Below, in pieces: positions 8,912 through 15,934 of a DNA stretch of 35,747 nucleotides. The stretch is from the IMG/VR virus record IMGVR_UViG_3300037634_003749, positions 1 to 35,747 of that record, one strand, 5' to 3'. Source of the stretch: a virus (taxonomy: Duplodnaviria > Caudoviricetes). The translations under genes were made by a program, and so were the position numbers. The notes below the pieces were generated by a model. It ran no database searches. It was not told the origin of the DNA and worked only from the letters and a program-made list of their open reading frames with translations. How positions within the stretch are numbered: position 1 is the first letter of the stretch; every line of letters begins with the position of its first letter.

Positions 8912-9871
8912 TTACTTCAGCGCATCGAACATATCAGCCGCTGTGTTCCCAATATTTTGGGGAGCCAGCGGGCTAACGTTGCCTTTACCTGGCTCTACTA
9001 GGGACTCCCATTCAATATTATCAATAGTCACGCCGTTGATCACTTTGTAATACTTGTTAGCTAAGATACGAATCTTTTCTCCATAGTTCGCGAGCTGGCT
9101 GACGATACCTGGATCTTCTGCGGCGGCTTTCTCAACCGTTTGATAGCACCCCAAAACTTGTGCTTGCGCCTCGGATGCTAGTTGGGACAGATCCGTCGAG
9201 GTAGTGGCGGTGTGCGCCGTATCTAACCATCTTACCGCATCCACCGCTAACTGCTGACCTTCTGGGTCTGCGTCTCGGCTGATGATTTCGAGACATCCTT
9301 TTATAGCCTTGACTCCGGTGTCAGTAATTTTGTAACTCGCTCCCCCGTCATCTGCGGGCATGGTAACGTCTGCCATAGCAGGAGAAGCCATCAGTGCCAT
9401 TACTGCAGTAATAGATATCATGACTATCAGGGCGAAGGTTGCCTTACAGAGAACTGGCTGGACTCCGCAAAACTTTTTAATAAATTTAACACCTTTCATA
9501 AGCGTCGCAGCAATTTTGGATAAGATTATTTTTCCATCTTGAATTAGTTTCCAAGCTTGTATTTCAATATTAAATATAAAGTCGGATACCTTCTTGGCGG
9601 CTTCATTATAAGCAAATTTGATTATTTCCCACTCTTCCTTGGCGCCGTCGGCAATCGCTTGGGCGCCCCGCTTAAGAACGTCTAAAACTCCTTCGTCTAG
9701 AAGTGCTTGAGCCTCCGTCATTACCTGCCGATCCCAGCTTTCATACAGTTGGATGTGGGAAATTCTTCCTTTACTATAGTTTTCGTAGAGTATGTCAAAC
9801 CCAGCGCCGGTGGTAACAGGTTCAGTGCAGTAGCTGCGCCAACCTTCCATTATAAGTTTCATATCAGACAT
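8912..9871 (-). CDS. Hypothetical late-expressed protein with N-terminal MKLIMEGWRSY motif and one central hydrophobic helix
   Basis: Late motif at 9894-9902, SD GGAG; segment ALIVMISITAVMALMA. Confidence 0.7.
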   Translation of the reverse strand: MSDMKLIMEGWRSYCTEPVTTGAGFDILYENYSKGRISHIQLYESWDRQVMTEAQALLDEGVLDVLKRGAQAIADGAKEEWEIIKFAYNEAAKKVSDFIFNIEIQAWKLIQDGKIILSKIAATLMKGVKFIKKFCGVQPVLCKATFALIVMISITAVMALMASPAMADVTMPADDGGASYKITDTGVKAIKGCLEIISRDADPEGQQLAVDAVRWLDTAHTATTSTDLSQLASEAQAQVLGCYQTVEKAAAEDPGIVSQLANYGEKIRILANKYYKVINGVTIDNIEWESLVEPGKGNVSPLAPQNIGNTAADMFDALK

Positions 9872-9893
9872 CGGGGGTCTCCTAAGACGTATA

Positions 9894-9902
9894 ATAAATA
9901 GT
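9894..9902 (-). promoter_or_regulatory. Late-promoter-like motif ACTATTTAT
   Basis: Directly after the recA stop. Confidence 0.65.
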
Positions 9903-9903
9903 C

Positions 9904-11025
9904 CTATTCCTTATCTACGTCGTAGAAATCCTCGGCATTGCCCTCGCGGACATCAAACTTACGAATGATCTGCTCGTCCATAATCTCGAACACTCGGTTT
10001 CTAAACTTCTCGTCTTGAAGCTTTGACACCCAATGCGCGCTCTGGAACTTCTCTTCAGTCCCATCTTTGTGGACCAACGCAAACCATGCGCCGGCTTGTT
10101 TAATGCTGTCGGCACCCTTGATCGCTTCCAGCCAACTCTCCTGATCTTGGATACCAACGTCGTCGGTGCCCCAGAGGATCTTGAACGCACAGTTGCGTCC
10201 CTGTGTGCCAAACCGAGACTTCTCAAGCTTGACCTTTACCTCGGAACCGATGCGGAAACCACTCTCATCCTCGATGAAAGCGGACTTCGCCTTACGCCCC
10301 GTCAGCCAGATACGGAGAGAGTATACATAATGCATAGCCTTTCCGCCTGGAGTTATAAAGGGTGTCGTCATTGCGACGATGCGTGCGTTCGGTCCCTGCG
10401 GAATATTGGTCTTTAACTGGTTAAGAACCAGGAAGGCTGACCTCGTATTCGCAATGGGGATGGTTAACTTTGACATTCCCTTTGAGAGAATCCGTGCCTT
10501 CATTGCCATGGTGGACTGAGGATTAAAGTCCCCTTCCACATCAGAGACGGTAGGAGTCAGAGCCAACGAATCCCAGATAAACAGTGTTCTTTCGGTGCCC
10601 GAATTAAGGACACTTTCAACTGTTTCTAAAACGTGTTCCACCGATTGGGCCTGGACATAGATCAGATCATCTAGATTACATCCGGTACGTTCCAGGAATC
10701 CTGGGTCAATCGCTGACTCTGAATCCATATATACCACCGTCATGCCCATTTTCTGAGCATTGGCTGCGCACTGCGCGGCCATAAAAGATTTGCCGGTTGA
10801 TTCAAGACCTGCAATCTCCGTGAACTTGCCAACTGGAATGCCAGCAAGTTGGCCGCGGCACACTATAGAATCCAACCACCGAGAACCGGTGGGGATCCAT
10901 TCTTTTACTTCTGTAGGATTTGCTTCCTTCAGATTGTGGGCGACATTGACGCCCGAAGTTTTGTTAATTAAAGTTCGCAGACCATCAATTGAAATCTTGC
11001 CTGCTTTTGACTTACTTTTTGCCAT
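9904..11025 (-). CDS. recA: RecA/UvsX recombinase
   Basis: IPTGS..LD, EIAGLESTGKS, YMDSESAID, IWDSLA, LNQLK, TPGGKA. Confidence 0.95.
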   Translation of the reverse strand: MAKSKSKAGKISIDGLRTLINKTSGVNVAHNLKEANPTEVKEWIPTGSRWLDSIVCRGQLAGIPVGKFTEIAGLESTGKSFMAAQCAANAQKMGMTVVYMDSESAIDPGFLERTGCNLDDLIYVQAQSVEHVLETVESVLNSGTERTLFIWDSLALTPTVSDVEGDFNPQSTMAMKARILSKGMSKLTIPIANTRSAFLVLNQLKTNIPQGPNARIVAMTTPFITPGGKAMHYVYSLRIWLTGRKAKSAFIEDESGFRIGSEVKVKLEKSRFGTQGRNCAFKILWGTDDVGIQDQESWLEAIKGADSIKQAGAWFALVHKDGTEEKFQSAHWVSKLQDEKFRNRVFEIMDEQIIRKFDVREGNAEDFYDVDKE

Positions 11026-11167
11026 CGAATCTCTCTCCGTATCTCTTATAAATTTCTTCCCTTACATCTCTATGAAGGGCACCCACATGGTCGCGGGTTT
11101 CGCGGATGCGGCGCTGTAACTCCAGCATCCAAAAGAATAGTATGCCGAAGCCCAGCGCCGTCCACAT
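11012..11167 (-). CDS. Small membrane-anchored protein (51 aa; start corrected to ATG 11167)
   Basis: MWTALGFGILFFWMLEL followed by an amphipathic tail; GGAG/AAGGA upstream. Confidence 0.6.
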   Translation of the reverse strand: MWTALGFGILFFWMLELQRRIRETRDHVGALHRDVREEIYKRYGERFDGKK

Positions 11168-11171
11168 ATCC

Positions 11172-11333
11172 TTACTCCGCCGAGTCGTCGTCGTCCGTAA
11201 CAGCACTATCATCGTCATCCGATGCACTGTCGTCGTCGTCTCCGCCGGGGCATCCCGTGGAAGCAGTAATAAAAAAGCCCATCAAGAGGGCAAAAATGGC
11301 CAAAAGGGCCAGTCGGTTAGTTCGAGCAATCAT
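11172..11333 (-). CDS. 53-aa acidic lipoprotein (not in ORF track)
   Basis: MIARTNRLALLAIFALLMGFFITASTGCPGGDDDDSASDDDDSAVTDDDDSAE; basic N-region, hydrophobic core, STGC lipobox-like site, SD AAGGA. Confidence 0.8.
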   Translation of the reverse strand: MIARTNRLALLAIFALLMGFFITASTGCPGGDDDDSASDDDDSAVTDDDDSAE

Positions 11334-11344
11334 TTAATTTCCTT

Positions 11345-11563
11345 TCAAAATTCTTGTTCTGTTATGATCAGCGATCCTTCGTTGATCAATCTTTCATAGT
11401 GACTATGATACCCTAAAAGTCCCACGGTGTCAACTACTATTTTACGCATTATTTCAGATTTACCGGTAACGATACGCAAGGGCAGATCGTTGTTGTACAC
11501 AAAACTGTGTATCTGTTGGGCCACCCCTTCGTGTCGTATACCGTGTAAATCTAAAGTTTTCAC
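11345..11563 (-). CDS. Stand-alone Smr (small MutS-related) domain protein
   Basis: LDLHG...IVTG...NEG motifs; GTG start overlapping the upstream TAG. Confidence 0.75.
   Translation of the reverse strand: MKTLDLHGIRHEGVAQQIHSFVYNNDLPLRIVTGKSEIMRKIVVDTVGLLGYHSHYERLINEGSLIITEQEF
11405..11433 (-). promoter_or_regulatory. Sigma70-type promoter inside the Smr gene (for lipoprotein-recA)
   Basis: TTGACA-17nt-TATCAT. Confidence 0.6.
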
Positions 11564-12093
11564 TAGTTGAGCGTCAACGTGCCGTTCTTGGTGTCAACTG
11601 AGACGTTGAAACCAGAGACAAAACTGTCCGGACTGAAGAACTGGAGGCGCCCAGTTGTTGCGGCATCGGCAGCATATAGATCGCTCGCGCGGACCTTCAC
11701 CTCCGTCGAGATGTCGCAACGTCCTCGCTTATAATCATAATGCTCGGTCGAGTACTCGATTGAATACTCCCCATCATAGATGGTCTCCTGCAGTTTCTCG
11801 GTGATATACTCCTCAAAGTACTCTTCACCTCGCTCGTAGTCTTCAAGCACATCCTGTGCGCGCATCTCGTTGAGGATGTCGCCCCCTTCGGAAGGCGTAC
11901 CATAACTGCTGTAAACCGGAACTCCGGAAACCAACAGGCCGGCAAGCATCGCAGCCGTTTCGGTCTCGGCAACGCTCTCCTGCACATGACTCTCGTTGAT
12001 GTGCCACACTTCGCAGCCTTCGCTATATCTCAATGTCACGGTGCCGTCGTCCTCGACGCCCAGCTCTCGCAACTTATTAATAAAATCACCCAT
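11563..12093 (-). CDS. Hypothetical acidic protein
   Basis: 176-aa ORF with SD AAAGGGA; rich in Glu, Asp and Tyr. Confidence 0.75.
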   Translation of the reverse strand: MGDFINKLRELGVEDDGTVTLRYSEGCEVWHINESHVQESVAETETAAMLAGLLVSGVPVYSSYGTPSEGGDILNEMRAQDVLEDYERGEEYFEEYITEKLQETIYDGEYSIEYSTEHYDYKRGRCDISTEVKVRASDLYAADAATTGRLQFFSPDSFVSGFNVSVDTKNGTLTLN

Positions 12094-12124
12094 TTTTAAA
12101 TTCCCTTTCTTTGATGTGATAAGT

Positions 12125-12156
12125 TGAGACCCCTGTATCCCCGGGCCTCCCTGCGG
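12125..12156 (-). other. Conserved intergenic stem-loop element, copy 1
   Basis: CCGCAGG-GAGGCCC-GGGGATACAG-GGGTCTC-A; 7-bp stem with one G-U pair. Confidence 0.75.
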
Positions 12157-12166
12157 CTGTCAGAGT

Positions 12167-12355
12167 TTAACCCGAGTTTTTGGTCTCTTGGACCTCAACT
12201 CGGAGTTCCTGTGCTAGTGTCTTCACTTCCTGCATATTCTTTCGAACACGGGTTCCTGCAGCGTTATTGCCGCTTGTAAAGAACTTGTCGTGATCGTCCC
12301 GAGTTTCCTCCAGGAGTGTAATCAGTTGTTCTAGACGATTAGTTTCAGTAGTCAT
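12167..12355 (-). CDS. Histone H1-like Hc1-family small helical protein
   Basis: KFFTSGNNAAGTRVRKNMQEVKTLAQELR matches the GNxAAGTRxRK pattern of Hc1 N-terminal domains. Confidence 0.7.
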   Translation of the reverse strand: MTTETNRLEQLITLLEETRDDHDKFFTSGNNAAGTRVRKNMQEVKTLAQELRVEVQETKNSG

Positions 12356-12373
12356 AACTCTTCCTTTCTATTG

Positions 12374-12406
12374 TGAGGCCCCTGATAACCCTAGGCCTCC
12401 CTGTGG
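12374..12406 (-). other. Conserved intergenic stem-loop element, copy 2
   Basis: CCACAGG-GAGGCCT-AGGGTTATCAG-GGGCCTC-A; same architecture as copy 1. Confidence 0.75.
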
Positions 12407-12415
12407 GGGGGATAA

Positions 12416-13192
12416 TTAAAGAGCGCCAAGCTCTGCAAAGGCCGCATCAACAGCGCTTGCTTCACCGTCTTTGGTGGTGTTTCCATACTTTGTAGTCTCG
12501 CTACTGACCGTTTCTGGGTCATCGACCTGTGTGTTCATGAAGGTATCCAGAATAGTCTGGACCTCCGCAGAACTCTTTCGTTCAAACAGCCCAGTAAAAT
12601 CTGGAATGCTCTCCAAAAGCTCTGCACACTTGTCAGGCGTCATCTCCTCGCAAAGCGGGGAGGAGCGACGACGAGGCACGAGCTTCGTCTGGGGGAAGGA
12701 AGCGCCCGGAGGCTTTCCATAAGTCATCTGCAGATCCGTGCCCGTCTCCGTATCGGTGATATCACCATACTCGGGATTGAGCACGAGAGTCAAAAGATTC
12801 TCGTAGGCAGTCTTGCCATAGCCCCAGATACGTACTCCGCGCTCTTCTTCGCCGCGAACCATCACGGGGCTGAAGAAACGCTGTCGCACGAAGAGGGACT
12901 TTGCGACCTTCTTACTGTGCTCATCGTTGTTGTCTGCGCCTTCGCGCCACAACTGTGAGGCGAACTCACATACAGGACACTCGTCGCTGTAGTTTCGCTT
13001 GGGACATAGGAAACCGCCCTTTTCGACATTGTAGTGAAACCACATTTCCTTGAAGGGGTCTCCGTCCGCTGTCGGAACGATTCTAATAGTCTGTTCCCCG
13101 TCCTCGGGGCGCCAGAATGTGTCATTTGAGGAGTTTCCTTCTCCGCGTAGTGACGAGAGCTTTTCTCTCATCTTATCTAAATTAATACCCAT
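12416..13192 (-). CDS. gp32-like single-stranded DNA-binding protein
   Basis: FWRP..GEQTIRIVP, FHY, CP....ECPVCE Zn motif, IWGYGK, YGDITD..TG.D, acidic C-terminus ending AFAEL. Confidence 0.88.
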   Translation of the reverse strand: MGINLDKMREKLSSLRGEGNSSNDTFWRPEDGEQTIRIVPTADGDPFKEMWFHYNVEKGGFLCPKRNYSDECPVCEFASQLWREGADNNDEHSKKVAKSLFVRQRFFSPVMVRGEEERGVRIWGYGKTAYENLLTLVLNPEYGDITDTETGTDLQMTYGKPPGASFPQTKLVPRRRSSPLCEEMTPDKCAELLESIPDFTGLFERKSSAEVQTILDTFMNTQVDDPETVSSETTKYGNTTKDGEASAVDAAFAELGAL

Positions 13193-13218
13193 TTTATTTT
13201 CCTTTCTTGGGTTAAAGT

Positions 13219-13242
13219 ACGATCAGCTAATATCCTGATCGT
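13219..13242 (-). promoter_or_regulatory. 8-bp perfect hairpin in the ssb leader, containing the tubulin stop codon
   Basis: ACGATCAG-GATATTAG-CTGATCGT. Confidence 0.55.
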
Positions 13243-14083
13243 CTAGCAATTCTTTATATGATTGTACCATAGATGAATACTTAATGCAATAACAATATTT
13301 TTGTTCATAAGTGGTTTCGAAAACCCCGTAAGAGACATCAATCCCATCTTCGATTTTAGATTTAACAAAGTTGTTGATCTTTCGAAATAGAGTGCCATCA
13401 TTCTTTAAGTCTTCCTTGTTGATACCATAATAGTATACCACTTCCTGGGCTCCTGTCAAGTCATAAAACCATTTTTCTTCGTTTTCCTCCTCGTCCATGT
13501 CGACGATGCCTATGGTGGCTACCCGACTTAAGGGGGAGGGCCGTACGAATGTTCCTATAACCGCCGGTGAATTCTTAAACACATTAATCATGTGCACGGT
13601 ATTCACAATGCCTTGGTTGAGAGTCTCATAATAGGCGAGGATTGACACCTCTCCGATGCTCCGTTCTAGCGACAGGTTGTCAATGAGCCAAATAGCTTCG
13701 ATGGCGCCAGAGCGTGCATATTCTTGAAGAACGTTTCTAACCACCCATTCCTGAGTTCGCTGTGTGCTGGTCGCAAGGTCGAGATCGGGCTGTATATAGA
13801 GAAGGGTGATCCTCTGAGATTTTAGTTGGTGAAGCAGCCGCAAGATACCACCCGAGATGGTTCCGGAACCGGCTACAACAACGATAACTTCTTCGCCTGC
13901 CGGGAATTTTAATTTTCTTTTAAGGTTAGGAAAGTGCTCATCATAAGCTTCATGTGTGTCGCGACTACGGATAGTGATATCAGCCTCCTTAGAGGTGTCA
14001 ATACCATATGTTTCATACTGCGGAAACTTGGAAAAAGCCCTTGCAATATTACACCCTGCGTTGCCTAGGCCCACCACTATCAT
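13223..14083 (-). CDS. Divergent tubulin/FtsZ-family protein (PhuZ/TubZ-like)
   Basis: VVGLGNAGCNIA (T1), IDT, AGSGTISGG (T4-loop variant), YIQP, LIDN, Y..LN. Confidence 0.8.
   Translation of the reverse strand: MIVVGLGNAGCNIARAFSKFPQYETYGIDTSKEADITIRSRDTHEAYDEHFPNLKRKLKFPAGEEVIVVVAGSGTISGGILRLLHQLKSQRITLLYIQPDLDLATSTQRTQEWVVRNVLQEYARSGAIEAIWLIDNLSLERSIGEVSILAYYETLNQGIVNTVHMINVFKNSPAVIGTFVRPSPLSRVATIGIVDMDEEENEEKWFYDLTGAQEVVYYYGINKEDLKNDGTLFRKINNFVKSKIEDGIDVSYGVFETTYEQKYCYCIKYSSMVQSYKELLDDQDIS
13432..13459 (-). promoter_or_regulatory. Sigma70-type promoter inside the tubulin gene (for ssb)
   Basis: TTGACA-16nt-TATACT with TGn extension. Confidence 0.65.
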
Positions 14084-14403
14084 TCCTCTTCAACCCACTC
14101 CAAGATGTAGCCCATATCAAATCCACCCCGAGTAATTCGTTTGGTGTGGGTGGCGGCCATAATCTCACTATCTTTGATACCCATGCGATTGCACACGAAG
14201 TGGAAGATCTCCATAATGTCTGCTGCTTCTTCGGCGCACGGGTTCTCAACGAACTCCTGAACTTCCTCTTGCAGCTTCTTCATGGCGTAATCCTTGAGAC
14301 GATCGCCCTTTACTAGGCACACGGAGAAGTCCTTGCCTGCTTCGGTGATGATCTCGGGGATACGATCCCTTACTAGCTTCTGATAGATCTTCTTCATTTT
14401 CAT
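14080..14403 (-). CDS. MazG-like / all-alpha NTP pyrophosphohydrolase
   Basis: YQKLVRDRIPEII, KKLQEEVQEF, EEAADIMEI, KR..RGGF. Confidence 0.88.
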   Translation of the reverse strand: MKMKKIYQKLVRDRIPEIITEAGKDFSVCLVKGDRLKDYAMKKLQEEVQEFVENPCAEEAADIMEIFHFVCNRMGIKDSEIMAATHTKRITRGGFDMGYILEWVEEE

Positions 14404-14735
14404 CGTCTCTGGTTTCTCTTTTGGGACGCCTCTTGCCAGTCTACCAGATACTCAAAAAGATCGGCCACGGTAAGTTCTTCATAATCCATTTCAAAGTCGC
14501 CAACACAGTCTTCAAGAATCTCAATCAAACACTTGGTAACCAAGCCGCGAGCGCCGTCGACGCGGGTCACATTGGGGGCGACGGGTTGCTCGAAGTTCAG
14601 GGACTCACGCCACATTCTTTTCAGCTGCTCACGGGTCGGAGGGGGGGCGCCCCTGGTGTCGATCTCCTGGTATTCACCTACACGAACCGTCTTGGGATTC
14701 CTGGTGATGCTTATTACGTTGTCTTCATTCTTCAT
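14400..14735 (-). CDS. Hypothetical protein
   Basis: 111 aa with ATGA overlaps at both ends; SD AAGGAG. Confidence 0.7.
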   Translation of the reverse strand: MKNEDNVISITRNPKTVRVGEYQEIDTRGAPPPTREQLKRMWRESLNFEQPVAPNVTRVDGARGLVTKCLIEILEDCVGDFEMDYEELTVADLFEYLVDWQEASQKRNQRR

Positions 14736-15919
14736 AGTTTTAACTCCTTCATTGCTCCGAGGTTCTTTCCAGCGGAGACGTTAACCTTGAACATATCATA
14801 ACGCGTTTTCTTGAACGTGTCAAGCAAATTCAGCAACTCATTTCGATCTTCATCGGCGAGGTCGATATACACAGCGTCGTGAATAAGAAATGCGATGTGG
14901 CTTTTTCTCCCCTTCAAAAGCTCGTAGACTTTGTAAGCCTGCTCGTGCACCATATCAATTGTGGTGCTTTGAACGATGTAATTAAGAGCATGATGCTCGT
15001 CTACGTTCTCTATTATTCTACCATAATCTGTCGTAATTTTTAAGCCATCCCAGTACTTATTCCGCACCAAATCCTTGTTATAGAGGCGCTCTAAGTCCTT
15101 GTTTTCCTTACTAGAATAGAGCCACGCGAACGTCTTAACCTTGGCTTCTTCCCGGGTGAGCCTGCTATCAAAAATGTTCTTTACATTCCAGTCGTGAATG
15201 TCGTTCGTCGGTTGCTCCGCGCCAGCGAGAGCCAACAGGGTACGTAACTCGGCCGCGTTGAAGTCAAGTTCCACAAGCCAGTCGTTTTTGGGTTCAATAC
15301 ATCCCCGAAACTCTTTGTTCATTGTAAGTACAGGAAAGCTATTGGGGTTTGTGGCCAGCCTGCCCGTGACGGTGCCCCATGGATTATAGTCGCACACGTG
15401 TTTTACGGTCTGGAGGGTTCTATGAAAGTTTTGGCCACGCACCGAACTGAGGAGGTGATTTATGGGGCGAACATTCACACTCAGCTCACGAGATCTAATA
15501 TCCGCCAGCATCTCGATAAGATTATACATAAAATTATAATTGGCCGGGCGGTCGATAGTGTCTAAGACGTGCTGCGTTATCTTATTCTTGGCCTCCAAGT
15601 ACTGATAGAGGAAATATTCAGGCAAGACATCATAAAAACAATTTTCATTTAGAGAAAGGTGAGAAGTTCTAAAGGCCTTGAGGCACGATTTAAGAGTCTT
15701 TTTGATCTCTTCCCAGTCGGCCTTCATATCCGCTGGGCAAACGTCCGTGAGGGCCGCTCCTTGGCTGTAGATACGTCCTATCTCGTAGTGATCACCGGGC
15801 AGGTGCTGGGAATATTCCCACGTTGCACCTTCCATAGGCAAGATAGGCGTTGGGTTTATGACATTGGCTGCATAAAAACCGATGCAGTCAGCCTTTGAAT
15901 CTAAAACTTGAAACAGCAT
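14732..15919 (-). CDS. Miniature family-A DNA polymerase (polymerase core only)
   Basis: GTVTGRL, motif A LDFNAAELR, DIH, motif B REEAKVKTFAWLY, NYIVQST, motif C IHDA; no DxE exonuclease motifs; 395 aa. Confidence 0.88.
   Translation of the reverse strand: MLFQVLDSKADCIGFYAANVINPTPILPMEGATWEYSQHLPGDHYEIGRIYSQGAALTDVCPADMKADWEEIKKTLKSCLKAFRTSHLSLNENCFYDVLPEYFLYQYLEAKNKITQHVLDTIDRPANYNFMYNLIEMLADIRSRELSVNVRPINHLLSSVRGQNFHRTLQTVKHVCDYNPWGTVTGRLATNPNSFPVLTMNKEFRGCIEPKNDWLVELDFNAAELRTLLALAGAEQPTNDIHDWNVKNIFDSRLTREEAKVKTFAWLYSSKENKDLERLYNKDLVRNKYWDGLKITTDYGRIIENVDEHHALNYIVQSTTIDMVHEQAYKVYELLKGRKSHIAFLIHDAVYIDLADEDRNELLNLLDTFKKTRYDMFKVNVSAGKNLGAMKELKL
14795..14823 (-). promoter_or_regulatory. Sigma70-type promoter inside the polA-like gene 3' end
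   Basis: TTGACA-17nt-TATGAT. Confidence 0.65.
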
Positions 15920-15934
15920 TACACCGCTCCTATC

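Noticed and set aside
11012-11333. Lipoprotein plus TM protein as a spanin pair
   Set aside because: The order is reversed, both are very short, the context is an early promoter, and no endolysin or holin is nearby.
12125-12406. Stem-loop pair as CRISPR repeats, tRNA or intrinsic terminators
   Set aside because: Only two copies, separated by a whole gene; no cloverleaf; no U-tract.
14400-14735. C-terminus (LIEILED...ELTVADLFEYL) reminiscent of acyl carrier protein
   Set aside because: No DSL phosphopantetheine serine; the similarity is too short to support.
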